From Paecilomyces variotii (taxonomy: Eukaryota): DNA of 64,000 nt. A model generated the notes under the pieces. The model was given only the letters and a program-made list of their open reading frames with translations. It was not told where the DNA came from and ran no database searches. Positions 38,769 to 50,260 of this stretch are shown piece after piece. Each line of letters opens with the position of its first letter. The stretch's first letter is position 1. The position numbers were made by a program, and so were the translations under genes. The DNA is taken from assembly GCA_004022145.1 (NCBI GenBank), contig RCNU01000007.1, one strand, 5' to 3'.

Positions 38769-39546
38769 ATGACCGAACAACAAATAGTCACGTACGCAAT
38801 TCCTTTTCCTACCCACCCACACGAAAAATCCAAACCCCCATCCAAAAACCACATCTACCATCCCTCAAAACTAACCATTCCATTCCCCCCCCCCCCCCAG
38901 ACACAAAACATTCATCCACAACCACTTCTTCAACACCACCATCATCATCGATTCATCCCATCATCATCATCATATCCAGGACTCCATCCCGAGCGAACTC
39001 GCGACTATATATACAGATCTCGAATCCGCGCAGAGAGATCTCACTGATGCATGTGATGATCTCCAAAGAAATGCAGTGCCTAGACATCTCAGGCAGGCAC
39101 AGATAGATTTAGCGCAAGCGCAGAGGGATATTCGATGTTAGTAATCTTTCCCACCAGGAAGTACTTAACTACTACTTTCTAACTCTGACTCTTTTTCAGA
39201 CTCTCAGCAGGTTATGAGTCGCTTCTCACGGGGGAATATAGACTACTCTCGACCTCTCTGTGCTGGATGTGGAAAGATGCATCGTGGGAGTTGTAGAGCG
39301 TATTGTTCTCGTTGTCGAGTCAGTGGGCATTCACGGGTGTATTGTCCAGGAGGTACTACTGGTGGGGTGGTGAATGTTTCTGGTACGGTTGGCTCTTACT
39401 ACGGTAGAGGGGAACAGCGTCGTGATAGGAAGAAGAAGAGGCGTAATAGACGTGGAAAATGCAAGGATGATGCCGTTGAGGTCAAGCAGGAGGGTGGAAA
39501 AGTGGATAGAGAAGTGGTAGAGATCAAAAAGGAGGTAAAGGAGTAG
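38769..39546 (+). CDS. Orphan-like 201-aa protein: coiled coil, CCHC zinc-knuckle-like region and basic NLS-like tail; 3 exons (introns 38792-38900, 39137-39199)
   Basis: GTACGC...CTAAC...CAG and GTTAGT...CTAAC...CAG introns give a stop-free frame containing CAGCGKMHRGSC, CSRCRVSGHSRVYC and RRDRKKKRRNRRGK. Confidence 0.7.
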
Positions 39547-40370
39547 ATGGGAAGGATGAGTGGAGGGATCGTGCGTTATAGACGCAGAGCAACTGATGTT
39601 TACTGCTGCGATATATCTGTACTCGTGGAGAGTGTGTCAAGGCTCAGCAGAATGTATGATGTATCGAGTTTTCAGCATGTCCTAGAGATCCCGCTTCTAT
39701 GACGGCCCAGCCTGCACAATATTTGTATAAGCTATAGGAAGCATGGCTTAGCTATGTGTCAATGCAGGAATAGGCACTTATGTTGAATTGTTCCTTGTAA
39801 ACAGGTTCTCCTTGTATATTGATATAACATCACGATCAGGGTGTTGTCCCATAAGAGGATGTAGAACAGTTAAATAGGCTATATCTGTATCAATTCCAGC
39901 CCATGAAAAGTATAAAAGACACGACCAATTGTCTGTTCTGATAATATATATACATATATACATACACTCGTTGCGTATTTAGTCCAGTCGAATCTCATGC
40001 CTGCGTCAAGTAAAGATCTGGTACATACATACAAAAATGAATGAAAAGTCGAGCATATCATGCTAAGCTAATACCACCCAAGTGGTTCGATGAAGTGAAG
40101 TGAATGAATGGTAGATATAACCAGCCGAGATAGTGTGCGAAAAAAAAATAAAAAATAAAGATGGTAATAAAACAATGGTATATATGAATGTAATGGTTCC
40201 AGTCGTGCGTGCTGGAGTAGAATAGTTAGATGCGGTGACTGACACATGGTCTATTTTGTCAGGAGATGATTTGAATATATGAAAACATTGCGGGGGTATC
40301 AACGAGGATATTCCAAGGTAATTTTACAAGTAGATGGCAAGTCTCGTGATGGTAAGTGTCGGGCGGCACC

Positions 40371-42458
40371 TCAATCGACACTGAGTATCAGATGAGAACC
40401 GTGTCTTGATGGCGTGAGGTTCCGTATCATTTGCGGTCCTCTGATACCCTGTACGTTGGAGGGTGCGCGTGGAGCCCTGTATCCCCGGGAGAGGTCCTGC
40501 TCTCCGGGTTTTGATTCCATGTTGATTGTAGAACTGGTGCCTCTTGATTTGTTTTCGATATTTGCATTCCGGCGCTCGTGGTTTGTTCTAACCCTCTCTG
40601 TTCGAGGGTGGTTACCAGGCTGGAGTAGGAATCTAGAATGTGGATGGTCCATGTGAGATGTTGATTCAGGACCAGACCATTCTTGACCTGATGACTGATT
40701 TCCATACACAGGCACGCCGTCTAGCTGCTGAGCAATCGGCTCTGCAGGTGGGGGCACATCTCGTCTGGCCGGAAAATATCTCTCTGGCGAACCCGTGGCT
40801 ACGGGCGACCTTTGGTTTTGCTTCTCGGGAGTGCTGAATGAAGAAGCCACTTCCTCAACAGGAGTAAGCTGCTGTTTTGGGACCGTGAGACTGGAACTCG
40901 AAGGCACCTCCTCATCCTCGAAACTCGTCTCGGAACATTCCGAACAGCGTCTGCTGGAGGCTGTGCATGATGGAGGACGAGACCATCGTCGTGAGCCGCG
41001 CCATTGTCCGTCAGAATGGATACTGCCGGTTTTTGAAACATGCCGTTGCACGATCGGTCCTGGCTGACTCTGCGACATACCATCGCCAGTTGGCTTCAAC
41101 AGTTGACTTGATGTCCGGTACACAACAGGGTTCCGCTGAATGACCCTCCTCACGGCTGGCAAGCCATTCTGCTGTCTCTCCTTAGCGTACATCAGAGCAC
41201 GTGGATCAGCTTGAAGTCTCAACGCATGTCCTCGAATGGAGTCTGGGTGGAAAGGCATTGTGCCGGAGAATCTGTTACGCGCAGTGCTACCTGCTGGCAT
41301 GGGCCAACCACTCGAGCGTTTTGATCGCTCTACATCCTCTTCAAACACCGTTGCATTGCTCTCAGGCCTGACTCCATTTTGGTGTGTATTCGGCTGTCCT
41401 GGATCAAGAGTGTAATCAGGTTTGTCGGGTAGTAGTTGCGACAGCGTACGCCGGGACACCTGGCTCATTGGGGAGTCGCCATTGTCAGTGGCTGGAGATA
41501 TTGCCATGCCAACGTTCTGCGGCCCCCCTGGCGCCATCGAACACACGGTGGGTGTGGTCACGACCACCAAAGGGCCACGGGACGCTGGTTGAAATGGCGA
41601 TCCTAGCTGTGGTTGTGGTTGTGGTCCTACGGTGCCTCCATCAGGCTTGGGGTATCGACCTTGGCCCAGACCAGAGTTCCTCATTGATGCATACAAAAAT
41701 TCCGGAGGCTCAGCCATCGCACCGCCAATTTCGAACCCGTCAGAATCTCTTCGTCGCTGCTTTATCTTCCTGATACAGAAAAATATAGCAATACTGACAA
41801 GGGCCAGGCCAGAGACGCCCGCGGCGACAGAGATTCCAATAACGGCAGGTTTACTGAGGTGGCTGGGGCTTGCAGAAGCCGAGTTTGACGAAGCGGAGGC
41901 TGCCAATGTGACTGAACTCCGAGAATTGACAGTGGGCGTGGTAGTGGTGGTCGTAAACATGGTTGAGGTCGCACGAAAGCTTGTAGCTAAACCCGTTGTG
42001 CTCATGGTTGAAGACGGCGCAGAAGCAGTAGGCAGCGGACACCGCCGCGAGCTTGGAGTCGGCGTACCCAAAGACGTCTTCGTTGCAATGATGGTCGCCG
42101 TGATCACACTGTGAGTTTCATGAAGAGCCCCAGGTACTGAATCGCAGATATAGAGGGCCTTGGTTCCCGAGATGACGTCTTGGGGACAGGATGCAATTGT
42201 GCAGCGTAGTGCCGCTTCCCCGAGAGTGAATCCGCTTGTCGAGTTTGTTCTGCAGAGACAATCGCCATCCGTCAGATTAGAGCATGCCATACGCGGATAC
42301 TGTGAGTGTATAAAATCGTGTACGCAGCACTGAGCGCAGCTGGGGATCTCGTCGCTCAGAGGTACCATACCCCGCGACGTCAAAGGCCGTTGAGCCAGAC
42401 ATGATGAGATCAACGATGTGGAAAGGATCAGGAGCGATACACTGAAAAGAGAAGGCAT
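40371..42458 (-). CDS. CFEM-domain type I membrane protein
   Basis: Signal peptide, IPSCAQCC...C...CLCR...CTIASC...IC CFEM cysteine pattern, Ser/Thr stalk, one TM (VIGISVAAGVSGLALVSIAIFFCI) and a long disordered tail. Confidence 0.9.
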   Translation of the reverse strand: MPSLFSVSLLILSTSLISSCLAQRPLTSRGMVPLSDEIPSCAQCCVHDFIHSQYPRMACSNLTDGDCLCRTNSTSGFTLGEAALRCTIASCPQDVISGTKALYICDSVPGALHETHSVITATIIATKTSLGTPTPSSRRCPLPTASAPSSTMSTTGLATSFRATSTMFTTTTTTPTVNSRSSVTLAASASSNSASASPSHLSKPAVIGISVAAGVSGLALVSIAIFFCIRKIKQRRRDSDGFEIGGAMAEPPEFLYASMRNSGLGQGRYPKPDGGTVGPQPQPQLGSPFQPASRGPLVVVTTPTVCSMAPGGPQNVGMAISPATDNGDSPMSQVSRRTLSQLLPDKPDYTLDPGQPNTHQNGVRPESNATVFEEDVERSKRSSGWPMPAGSTARNRFSGTMPFHPDSIRGHALRLQADPRALMYAKERQQNGLPAVRRVIQRNPVVYRTSSQLLKPTGDGMSQSQPGPIVQRHVSKTGSIHSDGQWRGSRRWSRPPSCTASSRRCSECSETSFEDEEVPSSSSLTVPKQQLTPVEEVASSFSTPEKQNQRSPVATGSPERYFPARRDVPPPAEPIAQQLDGVPVYGNQSSGQEWSGPESTSHMDHPHSRFLLQPGNHPRTERVRTNHERRNANIENKSRGTSSTINMESKPGEQDLSRGYRAPRAPSNVQGIRGPQMIRNLTPSRHGSHLILSVD

Positions 42459-45400
42459 ACTGTGCGATTCCTATGAATCTCATGTTAGGCTAGCTCAAAT
42501 TACATTGTAATCTCTTGAACCAACCAGGAAAAATAGTCGGGAGTATAGCTGCTCCTGAGAGATGCCTTCCAGCTGGCCGCTGATTCTAGACATACAACGT
42601 CTCGCAGCCCTCGAAGGAAAGAATCCTGCCCTCCTAAACGGAGAAACCGATTCACGCTGCTCCCTGAGGCCCCGGAAATCTAGGACATATCATAATATCG
42701 TAGAGACAAAGGGATAGATTGATTTGGCTGGAGAGTCTATCAAGTGTGGAAAGAAACAAAATATTAAGGAACATCAGGAAACAACAAAGAAAAGCCAAGT
42801 CGAGAGAATCTCGACATCTTGAAACCGGCGCCATAGGAAGGAGTTTCTATGGTACAAGGAGCCATTGGCACCTTGCATACAGGGCAGGAAGCCTGCAAAG
42901 ACGACAGGACGCTGGATATCCTGTACGCGCCCTGGTGGCATCATGAAACAGGAAGACCTCAGTCTCCAAAGGACAGGAAAGACAGATAGGGGCCGTGTTG
43001 ATGGTCTGTAGCAATCCGTTGGTTGAGGATGAGCGCGAGAGTTCAGGATACGCGCCGGGTGGGCGTTTACGCTGTGATGGAATCCTCGACGCTGGTTGGC
43101 CAGAGCTCACGGATGACGCCTGGTCAGGTGACTGGTCTCGAGCTCTGGGACATTGGTGTACATTCGCTCTCCAAGCGCTCTGCAACGGCCTTTTGGATAG
43201 CGCTGGTGGCGCTATTTGTAATGAAGGATGTACGGAGTACAGGCAACCTCATAGAGCACTTTCAGCGCTGCGCCTTCACTGACACGCATGCGCTTCGTAT
43301 CTGCACAGTTGCACTGTACAACTTACCGGTCGCTAAGGCTCAGCGGCCCCCAACCGTCCAGTGATCGTCCAGGGGCTTGGACATACATACCCCAATCCGG
43401 CCCCGACTCAGATCTGCGTGAGTTACATTGCTAGAGTGGTACTAGATACTACTGAACGTAGAACATCGTAATTACCGCCTGATTTGGCAGTTGGGAGCCA
43501 AGGCTGATTTCACATCAATTAATGTATAGCATTAATCTTCATGTCTAAATACATGGGAGTTTTAAAACCGACGTCGGCTCGTGCATCGCTCGTAGAAACT
43601 GGCGACAAGCGGACCGACGAAAACCCTGCGAACATCACAAACCGACTGGTATCATCAAACGCGGAAGAAGCAAGAATTCAGGACCATTAAATACGGAGTC
43701 GACGTAAGGGAGGCGACCGGCGGTAGCGTCGCCAAGCGACGGAGGCGTCCGCTAGTCGAGACCGGAAAGCGTCGGAAGCATTGTTGCTGACCATGACCGA
43801 CCGGGCGCAACAAACAGCACCCGCAACCTCCAATTCCGGCCGGAGCTGTGAAACAGCGCAGTAGGAAGAAGTTGTTTCCTGAGGGCGAAGCTGGTCGCGC
43901 GTCTAGTACTTGAGAATGATGTATCTGGACGTCGAGGTTAGCTATCGTCATGAAGGGAGTCTGAGGACCTCAAATGTACGTACAGAGCGTGAATGATACC
44001 AGGAATGTAACCCAGAATGGTCAAACAGATGTTGATCAGCAGGTCAGCACCACATCCGCGCTCCAGGAAGACACCCAGAGGAGGCAGGATGATGGCAAGG
44101 ATGATCTTGCAGATGTCACTAACAGGCCGATGTTAGTATCGGGGCCATTCTGACGATTATCGCAATGCCATTCTGTCGTTCCTGTTCCCAAAAGGCGAGA
44201 CCACCCTCTGGTCGCCCGGTGAACAGTGGATAGTCATAGCTGCGAAGAAACAAGACACGGTGGTACTTACGAAGCAGTGAAAGGCATGGTGATGGTGAGT
44301 GATGAGGTCTGAGAGGGACTGGAGTCTGGAGATCTGACAGGCGATGGAGATTGTCAATAATACGGACGGCTGGTTGATGGAGGAGTGGTGGAGAGAGAGA
44401 GCAACAGGGCTGGAGCGGAGCGGTACGTTTAAATAACGGGCGCAACAGAGATCAGCAAGCTCAGCCGTTCCCTTTTTTCACTCACGCGAATTGGAAATAG
44501 CTTTCTCTCCAACCGACGTCATCAGCGCACCGCCGCAGCCGTGCCACAGTCAGCTGGCTCTGTCCCTGATTATTGGGCGCCTGTTGGCTGTTGTCTCTCT
44601 CGTTGTGCTCTGCGCCTCAAGTCCATCTCGTCATCTCCAAACAGGATATTATTATTACTGCCCGGAAGATGACACCCTTTGCGTAAACAATACGTGAAGT
44701 TAAGTTAGCGAGTCCGTGGGATGGTCAAGGGCTAGCCGTTCAACGGCTAGTCTGGCGACTCGAGCCGGCTTTATTCCCTGATCTGCTGCTTTAAGAGGCC
44801 GATCCTTCTACGCGCTGTCCATCGCAATCTCGCCTCTCAGGCTCTCACGGTCTCATCAACAATGATCAGGCTGGAGGGGAAAGCTTGTTTCGTATCCGTA
44901 ATCCGTATAGATAACTAACAGTCGCGGCCCTGAGCGTTTCTAATCTTAGAGCAATTCCCCGCCGCATGCCATACTCTAATTTCGGCCCCAGGACCAGTCC
45001 ATGCCCACGTTGTGCTGCTAAGCCATATCAGCTCCAGGCAACACTTCACCCTTGGTGAAATAGCAATATCTCTAAATATGGAGATGCTGAGGAGGCGATC
45101 CTGGACTCGAACTGCGCTATCTCTACGCGGTCGCGTTCAATGGCCCATGGATACCAATTCCGCGATCGATAGCAGAATAACTCAGTATGACGTATGATAT
45201 TTCCCGTATCTGAAGGCCACGAGATCGGATATTCCCGACTGGACAAATTATAAAGTAGGCATGCGATTTTTTTTATTTTTTTTTATTTTTTTTTTTTTTT
45301 TTTTCCCCTCTCTGACATTGCTCCTTGCGTGTGAGCTTCCTCCCTGGCAAGCTGACAACATACGGTGCTCCGAGCTGCTATCCAGACTCCAGACCAATAA

Positions 45401-45501
45401 TGACTTCATGACACCACCTAGAACGCAATCAGGCACAGGCTTACAGAGCATATTCTATTCTGCTTCTCCAGTCAAGTCTGTGGATCGCTAACCAATCAGA
45501 A

Positions 45502-45595
45502 GCCCGGGTGGTCTAGTGGTATGATTCGCGCTTAGGGTCAACCCTTTGCTTAGCTATATTGCGCGAGGTCCCGCGTTCGATCCGCGGCTCGGGCC
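45502..45595 (+). tRNA. tRNA-Pro (anticodon AGG) with a 22-nt intron (45538-45559)
   Basis: Acceptor stem GCCCGGG/CTCGGGC, D-arm TGGTCTAGTGGTATGAT, CGCGC-TT-AGG-G[intron]T-GCGCG, T-arm CCGCG-TTCGATC-CGCGG, and a T-run terminator. Confidence 0.96.
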
Positions 45596-46668
45596 CTTCT
45601 CTTTTTGCATTTTTTTGCTCCTCATCTATATAAATCTGGAAGAAATGGACCTCCATTCACAGATACCTTGCGCATATAGCAGTGATACATAGGCACTTTC
45701 ATAGCAGCCACCTTGTATGTCTTCTTATTACCTACAACTTTCATTGTAGTGACCAATTCACAACTGGAATGGGCCGTCAAACCCCGCATTGTTTGGTGAA
45801 GTCGCTGGACCGGCAGTTAAATACAGCTTCTATCTCCATTCGCTTCTTCTCTTCCTGATAGTTATTTGCAGTTTCCAACATAGTCGAGCTGCTGCAAGAC
45901 GGCACATTACCTCTACTTTCGATCAATATCTTGAGTCAGAAATCTCACTTTTCTCCTTGCTATCTACAGTCAACTCCCAGCATTTTCGAACCCGCTCTTC
46001 ATTGGCTTTGCTCCTGATATCGTCAGCTCCGTGCTCATTTATATATATGACTGCTATGTCGGTGATGTCTTGAATGCATATATATAGCAGAGTACATCCG
46101 ACAAAGCTTCTAAGCGCCGGATCAAGAAAGCGAACCGGCTTGTACACCAAGAGGATGCAGTGACCGATACCTTGATGTTTACAGAAAGAGGGCGAAACGA
46201 TATTCGTGTCGATCGTGCTGGTCCTTCGGTCGCCCGGACTCCCCCGTCTCGTCGTGCCTTTCAGAACTTCGTGATTCACGTTGCGGATTGGACGATCGCG
46301 GAGTTAAGGGCCTTCCCAGCAGAGCTAGCGGAGTTCGCCGTGTATATCGACGGCGTTATCGATGCTCGTGAGACCGGGCGACATGCTTGGTTGTCAGTCG
46401 TTTTTAAACTTTTAATCAAACTTCTTTATAGACTGTCTCATCAAAAGGTGATAACCTTGGTATATCCTCTCATCGATAAATCTCTCTGCAACTCTATAGT
46501 TGGAGATTTACTCCGTCCTACTTGACCTCAGTCAACCGTATCTCTGAAACGGCTGAGTAAATCCTCATTGTGTCAGCCTCCTTGTGCTCTCCCGGTTCTT
46601 ATTTTTATATTCGCCGCTATATCTTGCCAGCAGTATTCCTCCTCTGAAACCTTCTTCCTATAGCCTCC

Positions 46669-47223
46669 ATGGCCTCTACTCTGTCTATTCCGGCTTTAGA
46701 CCCTCTGATGGAGCCTGAAGCTGCACCCCAAACAGCCGCTGTCCCGCTGATAGAGATGCTGCGCGCTCTTATCCCTATAAATATTTAATCTTTAGCCGAA
46801 ATTATTACTGACTTTTTGTCTGACTTCAGCACAATTCCTAATGGCCCTTATATATATCTATATGTGCTCTCCTTCCCAAACAGCAAAATGAAGACTAACT
46901 AGTGCGATTTATTGCCGGATATCAATATCCGCGATATATACTCATTCTTCTGGAAAGCCCCCAAAGGGGGGAAGCAGGCCTAATTCGCCGTTTACAGCAC
47001 TCCCAGTAAAAACTAGATCGCTAATCTGCATTAGGATATAACGTGCTAGCATATTTAGGGTATTATAGTGATACGCTCCAAAGTTGGGACCGGCAAGAAC
47101 TTGATCATCTAGGACTATAATCCCAGGGATCTGGCCGGGCAGAGGCTCCGTGAGTTCCTCCTTTCCCCGCAGAGGGCCGTCTATGAGTACGCGAGAGGAC
47201 GAGGGGAGCTCGCCTCGTTCTGA
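46669..47223 (+). pseudogene. RIP-like mutated ORF of unknown family
   Basis: The frame from ATG 46669 has 8 internal stops, all TAA/TAG. Substituting Trp/Gln gives protein-like text: AWFAVYSTP...NLHWDITCWHIWGIIVIRSKVGTGKNLIIWDYNP. Confidence 0.55.
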
Positions 47224-47652
47224 ATCTTATACTTATCGGTCTTATCGGAGTGTCAAGAGCTGTACTACCTCAGGTTACAGATGGAGTCTATGGACTACAA
47301 TATGCCATGTCGCTGTTATGATACGAAATGCTGAAACGCAAACGTGGATATCATTACCGTGATTCATTATTGCAGCCCCAACAGCACATTCAGCGGTCTC
47401 TGCACCCCAATTGGCCAAGTCAGTTTACATCAAAGTTCAAATTGCGCAAGTCCAAATTTAGGGGCATCAACTTCTGGTCGTTAGCTGATATTCGATATAC
47501 AAGAGCCACTCGATATACTCGGAGTACTACGGCCGGGAGTGAATACTACTACCCGGGTGCCAATATGTCTGGGTATAATGCAGATAAGGCTAAAATTGGT
47601 TTATAGCCAGCCGTTCTCAAGGGCCTGGCTTTCAGTGATCTACCAGAACGTT

Positions 47653-47955
47653 TTAGCCTGACTGGTTAGTCCCAGGCATGATCACCAAGCATTCGTCGGC
47701 GCGGCAGGAGATATAAAATATCGTTTGGACGTTGCGCAGAGACGTATCCATCTGATACTCAGGTTTGTATAATCTCCTCTTCTCTTCACTGGAAAGATTG
47801 CTAAAGCAGTTTAGACATGCAGCCAATAAGGGGGGTGCTTCTTTACTGCGAGTGCCGTTGAATATCTTCGAGCAATGGCAATATAGCAGCAGGCACGGCA
47901 CAATAATCTGAAAACTGTTGAGGTGGTCAAAGTGCCCTAGCAATATTTTCTGCAA
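47653..47955 (-). pseudogene. Possible JmjC/cupin-like gene fragment
   Basis: GHFD (HxD-like), a downstream SKIF, and ISCRADECLVIMPGTNQSG*N resemble JmjC GE.V++.PG.YH.G.N. The similarity is weak and was judged by eye. Confidence 0.3.
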
Positions 47956-48255
47956 ACCGCAAGAAAAATCCGTCTTGGGACGACCTGTCCATTCGTGGCC
48001 GCACTTACGAGATCAGACGTACACAATTATACTCAATGAATTTCATAAATAATAGCCTCTATCCAATACTTTGACAATTTCGACTTATCCTTCCACTGGA
48101 CTCAAGCCCCTACTGCTTGACTCCTGCGTTCGCTTTTTATATCGTCATCTTTTACTTTGATTCTATATATTAGGCAACAACATGTCACATGGGAACCGTG
48201 GTCGACTCTTAGCAGAATCAGACCTCATTCAGAGCCATCCAGCCCAACTGTCGAC

Positions 48256-49842
48256 ATGGCTGAATTTCCACGACAGCAAGACCTCACAGAGGAAGTAAGA
48301 GACCTCGAAGCGGATTTTGCTGATGAGACGATGAAGCCAAGCGTGCCACCACCTCGCCCGACATCCGAAGGCATTTCTGAGCTCCTGGCAGCGGTTTCTA
48401 AACTCGAGAAACGCGACCATATACAGGTCGAGTCCAGCCGCAGGGAAGCAAATCCTCTCACTAGTCCATCTTATCCTCCGATAGGGGCTCCAAAACGAGT
48501 CGCAGAGATCCTAGATTCCCTCGCCAGTCTGTCAGTTTCTCAGCCGAAGCATGAAGTGATTGCGGTCGCATTACGCGTGGATTCAAGGTCTCACTCAATG
48601 GAACTTATCGTATCTGGCAATTCAGATATACTTTCATCTACGCTAAATCATTTGAGATTCATATGGACGGCATTGAAAGCTCTATCCGACTTCATGTACG
48701 CCAACAAGCAACCAGGTCTCCAGGATACATCGCCTAATGAGAAGACAAAAGACCCGGCCTTTCGAGCTATTGTGGCTGATTTCAATCATCGCTGTCTGGA
48801 ATTCACATTCGCAAGGCTCCAGCAGAAAGTCAATGGGAAATTTACACAATTTATGAGCATTCCAACAGCTGGTCTACCTTCAGATCACCCCTTCAACTCT
48901 CTCAGAGAGACTCTTTCATATCTCGAACGTATCTTTACGAGAAAGGAGGGAGCTATATACGGAAAGCCTCATCATGATGACACAGACAACTGGAGACTGA
49001 TGTACAGCTGCCTGAGAGCTTTCTCACAAGCCTCGGGTCAATTCTTGCGTGCGGGCGGTTTTCAGGGGAAAGATAAGACGCGTGCCCTTGGGTTCCTGAA
49101 ACTCCACACTTACATTCAAAAGATCGCTTCGATATTCAACAACATCGATATATTAGTGAAAGCCGCCATATCACCGAGATCTCGGACCCTTTTCACGTGC
49201 AACCTGAGCGTCACTCCACTTGCAAAGCTATCGGGTAGGCTGCCTCATATCGCTGAAAACGCCAGCGACTGGAAACGTGTGCTTGAAGAATCTTTGGCAT
49301 ACTATAACATGTCCAGCGATCCTACCGATCTTACCGGGGCAAGGCAAGTTCTCGATCTGAAGGTCATAGACGCAGACGCCACATACATGGCTCGGGAAGC
49401 CGTCTCCAAGGACGTTATCGTCCACTGCGAAACGAGGTTGTTGGCAGCAATCGAGAAAGCCCAGAACGAACGTGGGAACATACCCAAGGCTTTCACGTAC
49501 ATAGGCGTATCCAAATTGTCTTGCCACGGGTGTGCATGCTTCTTTGCAGCTTACAACCGTGTACACGGAACATCATGGCGGACGAAGGCGAGTCATGGGA
49601 AATCATACTATCCATGGATGTTCCCACCAGTCGTCCCAGGAAAGGATCAAGTTCTCACAGCAACCTACGCCATTATTTCCGCGAAATGGGTCACTTCTTA
49701 CAGAGGCTATCGACATAGGTTCGTGCCGTTAGTTGCTGTTGCTGATTCTACCGTACGCGTGCCAGCACTCGAATACTACGATGAGGAGGATCAGACTCCG
49801 GCTGATATAGAGGCGTTGAGAGAGATCGTCAGGAACTTATAA
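48256..49842 (+). CDS. OTT_1508-like Zn-dependent nucleic acid/nucleotide deaminase (528 aa, intronless, intact)
   Basis: N-terminal LDSLASLSV...EVIAVAL...LIVSGN block. C-terminal VHCE...YIGVSKLSCHGC...SHGKSYYPW matches the HxE / SKxxCxxC / HGKxYxxW signature. Confidence 0.85.
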   Translation: MAEFPRQQDLTEEVRDLEADFADETMKPSVPPPRPTSEGISELLAAVSKLEKRDHIQVESSRREANPLTSPSYPPIGAPKRVAEILDSLASLSVSQPKHEVIAVALRVDSRSHSMELIVSGNSDILSSTLNHLRFIWTALKALSDFMYANKQPGLQDTSPNEKTKDPAFRAIVADFNHRCLEFTFARLQQKVNGKFTQFMSIPTAGLPSDHPFNSLRETLSYLERIFTRKEGAIYGKPHHDDTDNWRLMYSCLRAFSQASGQFLRAGGFQGKDKTRALGFLKLHTYIQKIASIFNNIDILVKAAISPRSRTLFTCNLSVTPLAKLSGRLPHIAENASDWKRVLEESLAYYNMSSDPTDLTGARQVLDLKVIDADATYMAREAVSKDVIVHCETRLLAAIEKAQNERGNIPKAFTYIGVSKLSCHGCACFFAAYNRVHGTSWRTKASHGKSYYPWMFPPVVPGKDQVLTATYAIISAKWVTSYRGYRHRFVPLVAVADSTVRVPALEYYDEEDQTPADIEALREIVRNL

Positions 49843-49879
49843 TAATGATAATACTAGACTGTCCTTTGAACTAACTCCC

Positions 49880-50260
49880 TGGCATCGCTCGAGTTCGAAG
49901 GACTCATGTGGTATCATGCCACAAACAATGAGCCAGAGGATGAAGAAGGTTTCCCCCTCAAACGCAGACATTATTACCCCAACTGAGAGTATGCTTAAAG
50001 GCTTTCAGGAGCGCCAGGCGTGGTTTGACAGTGTGGTCTTCCAGCGCGAAGACCACGCTGCTGCTTGCCGCCACCTAAACATCCCTAACCCAGGATACCC
50101 GGAATGAGGATCACGAAGTCGCTAAGGTTCTGGCAGCCAGTTGCAGTTGCAGCTCTGCGAGAATTTTATACCTCGAAGTTCATGCGCGGTGGCCTTCTGG
50201 CTGACCATGTCGGACTGGGCAAGACATAAACCACAATTGCTTTTCTCCTTGCAGAATGTT
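49880..50260 (+). pseudogene. SNF2-family helicase N-terminal fragment (Q-motif region and Walker A), frameshifted, with a premature stop
   Basis: RIPGMRITKSLRFWQPVAVAALREF...MRGGLLADHVGLGKT*TTIAFLL (TAA at 50227-50229), with a frameshift near 50095. Confidence 0.75.

Noticed and set aside
43690-43880. GC-rich hairpin-prone stretch as SRP or other structural RNA
   Set aside because: Conserved SRP helix 8 and Alu motifs are not matched; a covariance model search would be needed.
44732-44750. Palindrome CTAGCCGTT-C-AACGGCTAG
   Set aside because: A single 9-bp inverted repeat could be a Zn2Cys6 site, but one such repeat in 64 kb can arise by chance.
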